Part shown: positions 9,196-17,998 of the stretch, piece after piece | How positions within the stretch are numbered: position 1 is the stretch's first letter | Layout of the letters: each line of letters starts with the position of its first letter | Program-made: the position numbers and the translations under genes | Virus record (IMG/VR): IMGVR_UViG_3300047476_001680 | Span: 1-64,000 of that record | Strand: one strand, 5' to 3' | Length of the DNA stretch: 64,000 bases | Source: a virus | The notes under the pieces: generated by a model | What the model was told of the DNA's origin: nothing | Database searches by the model: none | The model's input: only the letters and a program-made list of their open reading frames with translations

Positions 9196-10678
9196 AACAC
9201 TAATATGCAATCTCCCACCGTTAGATAACACTAGGCCCCCACTCAGTGGGGCTATTTTGACAAGTATTTGTAAATCTCAAAGGCACGACGTCGTGGCAAG
9301 AGACGTCAACGTTGATCTAAGGAAATATCTACATATTAGGCAATTAGATTTATCTTTTTTTGATGACGTTTTTTATGAAATGTCTGACGATTACTCAGAA
9401 AATCAAAAAAAAGTTATTAATGAATTTTTACTTAATTACTTCGAGTATTTAAATGTCAAAGAATTTGATTACATAGTAGTCAGTCTTTTTTCTTTTCTTG
9501 CACAGTCATTTGCTAATATATTTTTGCCTGAACTACGTAAAGTATCTAAAGCAAAAATAATTATTGGTGGTGCTGGCCTCACTAAACTTGTAAGTGACCC
9601 TACTTATATAGGATATGGACAAGAATTAAAAAACAAAAATTTAATTGACGAATTTATTACCGGCGAAGCCGAAGAAGCATTGATACAATATTTTAGCACG
9701 GGCTCTGGCCCAGGAATAGGTAATTCAAATTTTATACAATTAGATGATCTGGATCGATACCCATTTCCTGACTACTCTGAGTACGATTTGTCAAATTACC
9801 GAACCCAAGATGGGTCGCTAGAGCTTAATATCATTGGTAGTCGTGGTTGTGTTCGCGACTGTACTTTTTGTGATGTAAGGAAAACTTCCCCCAAGTATAG
9901 ATTTAGATCAGGAAAAAACATTGCTGATGAAATTATTCATCATTATGAAAATTATGGTGTTACTGATTTTTATTTTGCTGATAGCCTAGTAAATGGTAGT
10001 TACAAAGCTTTTGATGATATGTGCAATGCACTAACAAATTATAAATTTCACAAACCAATATCTTGGTCTGGTCAATATATTATACGAACTAAAGAAACTA
10101 CACCCAAGAACCATTTTGATTTGTTAGCTGCGAGCGGTGCGAAAAATCTTTACGTAGGTATAGAATCAGGATGTGATAAAATAAGATTTGAAATTGGAAA
10201 AAAATTTACCAATAATGATATTGACTTTTATTTAGAAAACTTTTATAAACATAATATCAAGATACTATTTTTGTTTTTTACTGGGTACATTACAGAGACC
10301 CTTGATGATTACAAAGAAACCTTAAAAATGTTTCCACGTTGGCAAAAGTTTGTTGCATCTGGAACCATAATTGGTGTGGAAACTTTAAATTTGTTAAGTA
10401 TTTTACCTGGCACACACCTAGAATCACTGGCAATGAATAACAATTTTGTATTTAAACAAAATGATGATAATGGACATCTTAATACCAAATTTTGGATAGA
10501 CCCTGGTCAGCCCACTTATGACTATCTTGAAAGAGTAAAACGTCATCTAGGTGTTATGGAAGAAGCAATTAAGTACAAATGGCCAGTTTGGAACGCATCC
10601 ATTTCGTTAAACCTTATTGAACAAAGTTTAATTAGTTTTAACAATCCTAAAAATCGATATATTAAATTAAAAGGATAA
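9188..10678 (+). CDS. B12-binding-domain radical SAM protein
   Basis: IIIGG and GEAE in the N-domain; GSRGCVRDCTFC (CxxxCxxC); GIESG. Confidence 0.85.
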   Translation: MTKTLICNLPPLDNTRPPLSGAILTSICKSQRHDVVARDVNVDLRKYLHIRQLDLSFFDDVFYEMSDDYSENQKKVINEFLLNYFEYLNVKEFDYIVVSLFSFLAQSFANIFLPELRKVSKAKIIIGGAGLTKLVSDPTYIGYGQELKNKNLIDEFITGEAEEALIQYFSTGSGPGIGNSNFIQLDDLDRYPFPDYSEYDLSNYRTQDGSLELNIIGSRGCVRDCTFCDVRKTSPKYRFRSGKNIADEIIHHYENYGVTDFYFADSLVNGSYKAFDDMCNALTNYKFHKPISWSGQYIIRTKETTPKNHFDLLAASGAKNLYVGIESGCDKIRFEIGKKFTNNDIDFYLENFYKHNIKILFLFFTGYITETLDDYKETLKMFPRWQKFVASGTIIGVETLNLLSILPGTHLESLAMNNNFVFKQNDDNGHLNTKFWIDPGQPTYDYLERVKRHLGVMEEAIKYKWPVWNASISLNLIEQSLISFNNPKNRYIKLKG

Positions 10679-10681
10679 AGT

Positions 10682-11023
10682 ATGATAGCATTGCCACCTG
10701 GTGTGAAACTTAATTTCAGCATCTATATTGATGTGCAAAATCTCACTCAAGATATGATAGAGTGGTATCGCACTGTGGGTGGTGAAGTATCCCAGGACAC
10801 TGTCTACGATCATCGTGGCAGGCAATTAGATACAACCTATGTTAAGTACGGTCGTGGTAAACGTAGCTATAAATATACTAATTCCACACAGACAAAATTG
10901 CATTTTAATGGTGAGGACGCCTCGGTGGCCAGTCTTTTTGTTCTCAAATATCTAGACTTGATTATAAACACCAACTTGCAGGAACAAATGGAAAGATTTG
11001 AACGAGAGGATGCGATTAATTGA
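10682..11023 (+). CDS. Hypothetical protein
   Basis: AAGGA SD; 113 aa. Confidence 0.6.
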   Translation: MIALPPGVKLNFSIYIDVQNLTQDMIEWYRTVGGEVSQDTVYDHRGRQLDTTYVKYGRGKRSYKYTNSTQTKLHFNGEDASVASLFVLKYLDLIINTNLQEQMERFEREDAIN

Positions 11024-11310
11024 ACGACATACTAGCAGATATTTTTAAATGGATTAAAAGTGACTTTAATTCTTACCGTTTTCGTTTTATTGTTGAGCTT
11101 TTGGCTTGGGCTATCTCTATTTGTTGCAGTGTCACGATGGCACTCACTGTACCTAACCCGCCTCTACTTGTCCTATATCCTATTTGGATTTGTGGTTGTG
11201 CTATGTATTCGTGGGCTGCTTGGACTCGTAGGAGTTTTGGAATGCTTGCCAATTACCTACTGCTCGTGACAATTGACACTATTGGCTTGATGCGAATGCT
11301 ACTAAACTAA
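11020..11310 (+). CDS. Small membrane protein (about 3 TM)
   Basis: Three hydrophobic segments; GAGGA SD with TTG start. Confidence 0.6.
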   Translation: MNDILADIFKWIKSDFNSYRFRFIVELLAWAISICCSVTMALTVPNPPLLVLYPIWICGCAMYSWAAWTRRSFGMLANYLLLVTIDTIGLMRMLLN

Positions 11311-11313
11311 ATA
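11307..11313 (+). promoter_or_regulatory. Candidate late promoter CTAAATA
   Basis: TAAATA core just upstream of the structured queD leader. Confidence 0.4.
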
Positions 11314-11324
11314 ATATTCTACAC

Positions 11325-11393
11325 AGCGGCCTTCCTGGCTCTTCATCCCGCTTTACAAATTCTGCAGGCCTATGTTAACATTTAATATAGGAG
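11325..11393 (+). ncRNA. Candidate cis-regulatory RNA leader of queD
   Basis: AGCGG/CCGCT stem; alternative GGCCT/AGGCC pairing; 10-bp hairpin CCTATGTTAA-cat-TTAATATAGG covering AGG of the AGGAG SD. Confidence 0.45.
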
Positions 11394-11399
11394 AAGATA

Positions 11400-11918
11400 A
11401 TGTTATACCTTAAAGAAACTAACCCCCCAAGAACTTATAAATTTGTAAGTACTAAAGAATACCACGACGCTTTTCCCTGTGCCTACAGGCAATGGCGTGC
11501 AGATAGTCACTGTAACCTAATCCACGGTTATAGTTTTAGTATGAAGTTTTACTTTGGTACTGATAGTCTAGATGTGCGCAACTGGGCTGCTGATTATGGC
11601 GGCCTAAAAGAACTTAAAAAGGTACTAGAAGATCAATTCGATCACACTTTACTAGTGGCACAAGATGATCCAGAACTGGAAACATTTAAAATGCTACAAG
11701 AACGTAAAATGGCTAAGTTAACCATCCTACCCAGATTGGGCTGTGAGGGTTTAGCCGATATGCTTTACAAATATGTCAATGGTGTGTATATTCCTGATAT
11801 GTGGGGGCCGGGCGAAGCAGAACGTCTCTGGTGCTTCCGTGTGGAAGTTCGTGAAACTCAGGCTAATATGGCGTTCCGTGAAGGCCATCGTGAATGGGAC
11901 GAAGATCTATTTGCGTGA
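11400..11918 (+). CDS. queD: 6-carboxy-tetrahydropterin synthase
   Basis: HCNLIHGYS, DYGGLK, FDHTLL, GCEGLA and VEVRET motifs. Confidence 0.85.
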   Translation: MLYLKETNPPRTYKFVSTKEYHDAFPCAYRQWRADSHCNLIHGYSFSMKFYFGTDSLDVRNWAADYGGLKELKKVLEDQFDHTLLVAQDDPELETFKMLQERKMAKLTILPRLGCEGLADMLYKYVNGVYIPDMWGPGEAERLWCFRVEVRETQANMAFREGHREWDEDLFA

Positions 11919-11928
11919 TTGATTTTTT

Positions 11929-12117
11929 ATGAAAACTCGAGAACAAATCATCACTGATATGTGTTACACTTATCGCCACGATTACGGTCTTGACAAGACC
12001 AATGATACTGGTATATTTTCTTCAGGCACTACTGAAGAAGAACGAAGATGGCTCTGGGCAGTGATGGCGCAGATTTTCGACAACAACATAGCACCACATA
12101 TGGAATTCAAAAAATGA
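11929..12117 (+). CDS. Hypothetical protein
   Basis: 62-aa ORF between queD and queE, ATGA overlap. Confidence 0.55.
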   Translation: MKTREQIITDMCYTYRHDYGLDKTNDTGIFSSGTTEEERRWLWAVMAQIFDNNIAPHMEFKK

Positions 12118-12962
12118 GTAAATTAAAAGTAGCAGAACTATTCTACAGTATACAAGGAGAAGGACGCTTTATGGGTGTTCCTTCTATTTTCTTACGTACA
12201 TTCGGTTGTAACTTTACCTGTGCAGGCTTTGGTATGCCACGTGGAGAGCGTAGTACAGCTAATGACCAAGTAGCACAAGAAATCAATAAGTTCGAGAAAT
12301 ATGAAGACCTTCCAGTAGTGTCAACTGGTTGCGATAGCTATGCCAGCTGGGACGCTAGATTTAAGGATCTTAGTCCTGTACTAACAGTGGATGCCATTGC
12401 TGATAGGATGATGGAAATACTTCCTGATAACAAATGGCGAGGTGTTCATTTGGTTATTACTGGCGGCGAGCCTCTACTGGGCTGGCAGCGTAGCTATCCA
12501 GACTTGTTAAATCACGAAAAGCTTAAAAAGTTAAAAGATCTAACATTTGAGACCAATGGTACTCAAGAACTCACTAAGGATTTTAAACTATATCTTTATA
12601 AATGGACACACAAACAAGGTTATCATAATTTAACATTCAGTGTTAGTCCTAAATTAAGTGTCAGTGGAGAAAAGAGAGAAGATGCTATTCGTCCGGACAT
12701 TGTTCGCGAGTACGAAGACCTAGGCCATACATACTTAAAATTTGTTGTGGCAACGGAAGATGATGTCACAGAAGCACTGGAAGTGATTGACATATACAAG
12801 AAAGAAGGGTTTAGTGGACACGTCTATCTGATGCCCGTGGGTGGTGTGGAAAGTGTGTATACTCTAAATAATCGAAGAGTAGCAGAACTAGCAATGAAAC
12901 ACGGACTACGATACTCCGACAGGCTGCAGGTTCCATTGTTTAAAAACGCCTGGGGGACCTAA
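12114..12962 (+). CDS. queE: 7-carboxy-7-deazaguanine synthase (radical SAM)
   Basis: ELFYSIQGEG, FLRTFGCNFTC...CDS, ITGGEP, ETNGT and SVSPK motifs. Confidence 0.9.
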   Translation: MSKLKVAELFYSIQGEGRFMGVPSIFLRTFGCNFTCAGFGMPRGERSTANDQVAQEINKFEKYEDLPVVSTGCDSYASWDARFKDLSPVLTVDAIADRMMEILPDNKWRGVHLVITGGEPLLGWQRSYPDLLNHEKLKKLKDLTFETNGTQELTKDFKLYLYKWTHKQGYHNLTFSVSPKLSVSGEKREDAIRPDIVREYEDLGHTYLKFVVATEDDVTEALEVIDIYKKEGFSGHVYLMPVGGVESVYTLNNRRVAELAMKHGLRYSDRLQVPLFKNAWGT

Positions 12963-13159
12963 TGACAGAAACACATAAACGAACTATAGCCAGGGCCATT
13001 ACCTGGCGGATCACTGCCACAGTAATCACCGGTATCTACACCGGGCTGGCTGGTGCCATCATAATTAATATCTGGATGACCTTGGCGCACTATATACACG
13101 AAAGGCTCTGGCTTAGATTAAAATGGGGGACCAGTACAGATGACGACGGAAGTAGCTAG
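12962..13159 (+). CDS. DUF2061-like small membrane protein
   Basis: ETHKRTIARAITWR...YIHERLW pattern. Confidence 0.65.
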   Translation: MTETHKRTIARAITWRITATVITGIYTGLAGAIIINIWMTLAHYIHERLWLRLKWGTSTDDDGSS

Positions 13160-13550
13160 TCCTTGTATCAATATTTGCAAACTAGAAAAAGAAGTCTGTA
13201 TTGGTTGTTTCAGAACTCTAGATGAAATAGCCAGCTGGACAACTTATACAGACGTGGAAAAGAAAATGGTCATAGAATTAAGTAACATACGACGTGAACA
13301 AAATTTCAAGGGCAATATGAGAGATAATACTGAGTCGTTTTTAACTGACAAATATTTTTTACAAGATGCAGTAACAGAAGAAAAATTTATGTGGACACCG
13401 CGAAGATGCAATCTTAGCAATAAATTGCTTTGGATGACTTTTGCAATTCGTGGCCACCGTAGATTACTAGGACCGGGTGGTCTTCGTAATGAATATAGAT
13501 TTTACCACCCAGAAGATTTTATTATGATGAGGTTAAAAGATGGTTGCTAA
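13140..13550 (+). CDS. DUF1289-like Cys-rich domain fused to an unknown domain
   Basis: SPCINIC...CIGCFRTLDEIASW. Confidence 0.7.
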   Translation: MTTEVASPCINICKLEKEVCIGCFRTLDEIASWTTYTDVEKKMVIELSNIRREQNFKGNMRDNTESFLTDKYFLQDAVTEEKFMWTPRRCNLSNKLLWMTFAIRGHRRLLGPGGLRNEYRFYHPEDFIMMRLKDGC

Positions 13551-13911
13551 AAAAACACCAAACACTGACACCGCACCCAAGGGCAAGACCAGGGTGAGTG
13601 CCAAATCTAAATCACCCAAGGATCTGGCTACCGAACGTGGTGAGCCCTGGGTGGGAATCCTGAGCGTAGACCTAGATCCTGAAAATATTGGCAATGGTGC
13701 CTTTGAACTGGACTGGAATGATCACTTTGTGAGTAAACTTGTACGAGCTGGTTATCAGGGTAAAGACGACAGTCAGATTGTGGAACAATGGTTTCAGACC
13801 ATCTGTCGTAATGTGGTTATGGAAACCTACGAACAATATGAAGCTAACGACACAGACAGGTTATCTCTTAATAGAAAAAACCTAGGCAACGGAAGGACTG
13901 AAGTGTCGTGA
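13540..13911 (+). CDS. Hypothetical phage protein
   Basis: 123-aa ORF, GAGG SD. Confidence 0.65.
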   Translation: MVAKKTPNTDTAPKGKTRVSAKSKSPKDLATERGEPWVGILSVDLDPENIGNGAFELDWNDHFVSKLVRAGYQGKDDSQIVEQWFQTICRNVVMETYEQYEANDTDRLSLNRKNLGNGRTEVS

Positions 13912-14390
13912 TAATCTATGTCAACGGCGACGGACACTGCTCGGCATCCTATGCTGAAGTTCCTTATGCGGTCGCCGAGGAAGATTTTGATCTCTGGCAC
14001 CAGGGCAGAGTACCACATCCTGTCAACTATGCGACCAGCTGGCCTTGTCTTCTAGCCAGTGTGTTTAAAGCGGAAATAAAGGTTGAGGCGGATATCAGAA
14101 ATACCCAAATAGATGTTCTGTATCATACCAAAAACTATGTTGATAATAATTATCAAAGGGGCGCACTCAAGGTAATACTAGGTTTCCCCATCCAGGACCG
14201 AGACCGGTTCCTACAATTATCCAATTATCTACAAGCAAGAGAAGTAAAGCATATCTTTTATCCCACCTCGGACTATATCAATTATCTTACCAAAAAGGGT
14301 CATCGACCCAATCATAAAGGTTACTTTAACGGTCAGGCTCATCGAGTTTGGTCGAATTACATTGCGGATCATTTGACAAAATTAGTGTAA
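13908..14390 (+). CDS. Degenerate SGNH-like protein
   Basis: IYVNGDGH where GDS is expected; C-terminal AHRVW helix. Confidence 0.45.
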   Translation: MIIYVNGDGHCSASYAEVPYAVAEEDFDLWHQGRVPHPVNYATSWPCLLASVFKAEIKVEADIRNTQIDVLYHTKNYVDNNYQRGALKVILGFPIQDRDRFLQLSNYLQAREVKHIFYPTSDYINYLTKKGHRPNHKGYFNGQAHRVWSNYIADHLTKLV

Positions 14391-14408
14391 TAAGCTATTA
14401 TTATACTA
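14373..14408 (+). promoter_or_regulatory. Sigma70 promoter inside an 11-bp palindrome, giving a leaderless rnh mRNA
   Basis: TTGACA-17-TATTAT; TAGTGTAATAA-gcta-TTATTATACTA; ATG 7 nt after the -10 box, no SD. Confidence 0.6.
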
Positions 14409-15400
14409 TGAAAAAATATTTGGTTGTTGACACTGCTAATACCTTTTTTAGAGCTAGACACGCTTCCCATCGAGCCAGCTCGGTCGAAGAACGTGTAGGT
14501 TTCGCTCTACATCTTACACTGGGCAGCGTATTCAAGGCCTGGCGCGACCAAAAAGCGGACCACATAGTGTTCGCTCTAGAGGGGCGCAGCTGGCGCAAGG
14601 ATTATTACAAACCCTACAAGGCCAATCGCGCTGTGGCTCGCGCCGCCCTTACAGAAAGAGAACAAGAAGAAGATGCTATGTTCTGGGAAACCTTTGATAC
14701 TCTACAGAAGTTTCTTATGGAAAAAACCAATTGCACAGTGCTTCAACATCCTGAATTAGAAGGAGATGATCTTATTGCAGGTTGGATCCAGAGTCATCCC
14801 AATGATTCCCACGTGATTGTGAGTTCAGACACGGACTTCTATCAGCTCTTGAATAAAAATGTAGTACAATACAATGGCATACAGGACGAACTACATACAC
14901 TGGGTGGCATCCTGGATAAAAAGGGTAATCTTGTCATTGATAAAAAAACGCAAAAGCCCAAGACAATACCTGATCCGCAATGGATACTTTTTGAAAAATG
15001 TATGCGTGGTGACCCCGGTGATAATATTTTTAGTGCCTATCCCGGAGTAAGGACCAAGGGCACCAAAAATAAGACAGGACTCACTGAAGCCTATGGTGAC
15101 CGAGATGCACGTGGATTTGCCTGGAATAACCTTATGTTACAGAAATGGGTAGACCACAACGGTCAGGAACATCGAGTGCTGGACGATTATAACAGAAATC
15201 GCATACTGGTGGATTTAACTGCACAGCCCGAAGATATCCGTACCAAGATAAACGAAGTTATCTCTAGTAATAGTGTGGTCAAGAAAACTCCTATGATTGG
15301 AGCACAATTTCTCAAATTTTGCGGCAAATTTGATTTAGTTAAACTAAGTGAAAGTGCCACACAGTATGCAGAAATGCTGAGTGCAGGATATACTGAATGA
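14408..15400 (+). CDS. rnh: T4-type RNase H / 5'-3' exonuclease
   Basis: LVVDTAN, YKANR, EGDDLIA, SSDTDFYQL and GDPGDNI motifs. Confidence 0.9.
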   Translation: MKKYLVVDTANTFFRARHASHRASSVEERVGFALHLTLGSVFKAWRDQKADHIVFALEGRSWRKDYYKPYKANRAVARAALTEREQEEDAMFWETFDTLQKFLMEKTNCTVLQHPELEGDDLIAGWIQSHPNDSHVIVSSDTDFYQLLNKNVVQYNGIQDELHTLGGILDKKGNLVIDKKTQKPKTIPDPQWILFEKCMRGDPGDNIFSAYPGVRTKGTKNKTGLTEAYGDRDARGFAWNNLMLQKWVDHNGQEHRVLDDYNRNRILVDLTAQPEDIRTKINEVISSNSVVKKTPMIGAQFLKFCGKFDLVKLSESATQYAEMLSAGYTE

Positions 15401-15630
15401 CCAAAAAAGACAAATACAGAATTATAAAGCATCAGGACCAAGAAGGCGTTACATTCTACACTGTACAGTTTCAGTTTGAGTGGTTCTTGGGGTTAAAGTT
15501 CTGGCGCACGTTGGAACAAGATAAACGTCCACGTATGTTTGACACATTGGAAGATACCCATAAATTTATTCGTGGATCTGTCTGGACGCACGTCGTGGTA
15601 GAAGAAGGGGAAATACCTGGGGGGATTTAA
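15397..15630 (+). CDS. Hypothetical protein
   Basis: ATGA overlap, AGGA SD. Confidence 0.6.
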   Translation: MTKKDKYRIIKHQDQEGVTFYTVQFQFEWFLGLKFWRTLEQDKRPRMFDTLEDTHKFIRGSVWTHVVVEEGEIPGGI

Positions 15631-15633
15631 CAG

Positions 15634-15810
15634 ATGGAACGACTACCGTTTGACTGGATTAAAATACTTGAGAAGCTATGGGCTTATGTTACCTATCTGG
15701 TAGCCTGCCTAGTTTTCATTTGGCTTTTTTATTTTTTAAAAAATACCTTGGAAAGTAACAATTATAAGATTATTAAAATGCAACAAGAAATTAGGAAAAT
15801 ACTAGAATGA
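15634..15810 (+). CDS. 58-aa single-TM protein, not in the supplied ORF track
   Basis: MERLPFDWIKILEKLWAYVTYLVACLVFIWLFYFLKNT...KILE; fills the gap exactly, ATGA overlap with next gene. Confidence 0.6.
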   Translation: MERLPFDWIKILEKLWAYVTYLVACLVFIWLFYFLKNTLESNNYKIIKMQQEIRKILE

Positions 15811-16307
15811 ATATCTATCTTGATATGGACGGAGTGGTGGCAGATTTCGACGAGTATGCATACAGAGCTGTGGGGGCGCCTCCAAGTACTGGGGTCTACC
15901 CTGATGAGATCTGGGACCAACTGGCCAAAAATCACAGACTATATCGTGACCTCCGGGTTAAACCTGGAGGTAAAGATCTAGTAGACTGGGTGGAATATTA
16001 TCGGTTTACACATTTTGATAAAGACATTACCATTGCTTTTTTAACTGCTATACCCAAGGACAATGATATGCCTTATTCGTTCTACGACAAGGTTCGCTGG
16101 GCAGCGGATAATTTTCCCGGACTGCCTGTGTTCTTCGGCCCTTACAGCAAGGACAAATGGCAACACTGTAAGCCTGGTGATATTCTAATCGACGATCGTG
16201 AATCTAATTGTGATGAATGGCGTGCACACGGCGGACTAGCCTTCCAGTATAAAGAATGGCCCGAGTGCAAGGCCTGGCTAGAGGAGACATTAAAATGGCA
16301 AAAATGA
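15807..16307 (+). CDS. HAD-family 5'(3')-deoxyribonucleotidase
   Basis: IYLDMDGVVADF and ILIDDR motifs. Confidence 0.85.
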   Translation: MNIYLDMDGVVADFDEYAYRAVGAPPSTGVYPDEIWDQLAKNHRLYRDLRVKPGGKDLVDWVEYYRFTHFDKDITIAFLTAIPKDNDMPYSFYDKVRWAADNFPGLPVFFGPYSKDKWQHCKPGDILIDDRESNCDEWRAHGGLAFQYKEWPECKAWLEETLKWQK

Positions 16308-16486
16308 ATGATCGTATCTACAAAATAAGTCTAGCGGCAGGCGGGTCACATTACCCTGTGATTAATCCTGAATTACAAGTGGCATTTGCTAGAATAATGC
16401 TGCAAGAGTGTATCGATGAAGCCTATCGCCACGGCGATGATATTTCTTACCTAAAGGAATATTTCAACCTTGAACAAAATGATTAA
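16295..16486 (+). CDS. Hypothetical protein
   Basis: GAGGAG before ATG 16295. Confidence 0.55.
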   Translation: MAKMNDRIYKISLAAGGSHYPVINPELQVAFARIMLQECIDEAYRHGDDISYLKEYFNLEQND

Positions 16487-17003
16487 ACTAATTGCCAAAC
16501 CAGTAGTCAAGAACAAATACTGGATCGTAGAGAATAATGGTGACAAAATAGGTACAGTACAGGCCGTGGAAGACGGTGGTTATGTTTACGTACAAGATCA
16601 AAACAGAAACAAATATGCCACCATCAAGACTCTAGGCCAGTCACACAATATAAAATTTGAAACTTCTACTAATATAGAAAAACCTAAACCACAAGCAAGG
16701 GCAATCAGTAAACCCAATAATAAAGTTCTTGATGGTTATCCTACTGATACCACGCCACACAACGTGATGCGTGAAGTACGACTGGGAGTAAGTGTCTATA
16801 CTAAGACAAAAAAAAGTAAAAGTTATTTCTGCGCAGGTTATTTTGCCATAGAAGAAAAATCCGAATGGACTGTGGAATTTTGTCCCAAACTAATCACAGT
16901 AAATCGACACAAAATTCTAGGACCCTACAAGACAAGATCTGAAGTTCTAGAAGCTATCAAGGAAATCAAACACAATGGAACATATACTAAGCCCCAACCT
17001 TAA
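16479..17003 (+). CDS. Hypothetical phage protein
   Basis: About 174-aa ORF in operon. Confidence 0.65.
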   Translation: MIKLIAKPVVKNKYWIVENNGDKIGTVQAVEDGGYVYVQDQNRNKYATIKTLGQSHNIKFETSTNIEKPKPQARAISKPNNKVLDGYPTDTTPHNVMREVRLGVSVYTKTKKSKSYFCAGYFAIEEKSEWTVEFCPKLITVNRHKILGPYKTRSEVLEAIKEIKHNGTYTKPQP

Positions 17004-17196
17004 ATCGTTTAATGATAAGATTAAAGTATTAAATCAGACCAATGGTAGACAACTTACACTGACTGCTCAGGAAGCGAAAAACCTACACGCTGAAATTTTT
17101 GATCTACTAAACCATTTTGCCACTGTGGGTAGAATAGAAACGTCTAAAAACCCTGATGAAGTTATCACAGTGGCTATGGATGGTGGTGGTTTTTAA
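16975..17196 (+). CDS. Hypothetical protein
   Basis: 73-aa ORF ending MDGGGF. Confidence 0.6.
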   Translation: MEHILSPNLKSFNDKIKVLNQTNGRQLTLTAQEAKNLHAEIFDLLNHFATVGRIETSKNPDEVITVAMDGGGF

Positions 17197-17223
17197 TATA
17201 CGTAGATTATACCTCTCCCCAGG

Positions 17224-17230
17224 ATAAATA
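17224..17230 (+). promoter_or_regulatory. Candidate late promoter ATAAATA
   Basis: Intergenic, 18 nt before ATG 17248; GGATAAATA recurs on the - strand at 50187-50195. Confidence 0.55.
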
Positions 17231-17247
17231 AACGTAGAGGATTTAAA

Positions 17248-17535
17248 ATGAGCAGACCTAAACCCACAGTACTAATCGAGCATACTGATAAAGTAACTTT
17301 CAAAAGCGAACAGATTCTGAGTAGTGAAGGTATCTGGGCAGTGTTCTACGAGGATCGCCCTATTAATTTAAAAAGCAGTAATATGTTAGTAAGTTATCCT
17401 GGGCCAAAATACAAAAAAACAAGTTTTAGTAATCCTGGCCACGCTGTCAACCTTTGCAAAAAACTCAACAATCTTTTCAAGACAGATAAATTTACCGTGG
17501 TACTACTAAGTGCCGGCAACCGCATCTACCCCTAA
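17248..17535 (+). CDS. Hypothetical phage protein
   Basis: GAGGA SD; follows the late-promoter motif. Confidence 0.7.
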   Translation: MSRPKPTVLIEHTDKVTFKSEQILSSEGIWAVFYEDRPINLKSSNMLVSYPGPKYKKTSFSNPGHAVNLCKKLNNLFKTDKFTVVLLSAGNRIYP

Positions 17536-17899
17536 GAATCACGATCAGGCTCAGCTAACTAAAAAGTATCTAGAGTTAGCTGGGTCTGCAACTGACCTCA
17601 CCTACCAAGATTTTAGAAAAACTCTATGGTGGAATTTTACAGACAATAATAGCCTACGTCTGACCTCCTACGGATATAGGTTTTTGTCGGAGATACTAAA
17701 AGTTAAACATTATAGTTTTACACTCAAGAATAGATTGGCTAACAAAAATCTTATACAACTGGAAAGATATTTTCCCGGCGTCTATTTTCTATACCGCAAC
17801 GAACTCATCATTGTGTTTGATGAAAGCGATGCCAGTATGCTGGCACTGCTAGACGGTGATCTTAAAACCTATCTCGAAAATCTAGAAGTTAACAATTAA
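17510..17899 (+). CDS. Hypothetical protein
   Basis: 129-aa ORF in operon. Confidence 0.6.
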   Translation: MPATASTPKNHDQAQLTKKYLELAGSATDLTYQDFRKTLWWNFTDNNSLRLTSYGYRFLSEILKVKHYSFTLKNRLANKNLIQLERYFPGVYFLYRNELIIVFDESDASMLALLDGDLKTYLENLEVNN

Positions 17900-17920
17900 G
17901 CAACTTCAGTTAATAAACTA

Positions 17921-17990
17921 GCAACAAAAAAATTTGGTTGACAATAACGACCAAAGATCTTATAATAGCGGTATAGTGAATAACAAGGAG
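17921..17990 (+). repeat. Promoter-RBS cassette, copy 1
   Basis: TTGACA-17-TATAAT...AAGGAG; 56/70 nt identical to 18543-18612. Confidence 0.85.
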
Positions 17991-17998
17991 CATACAAG

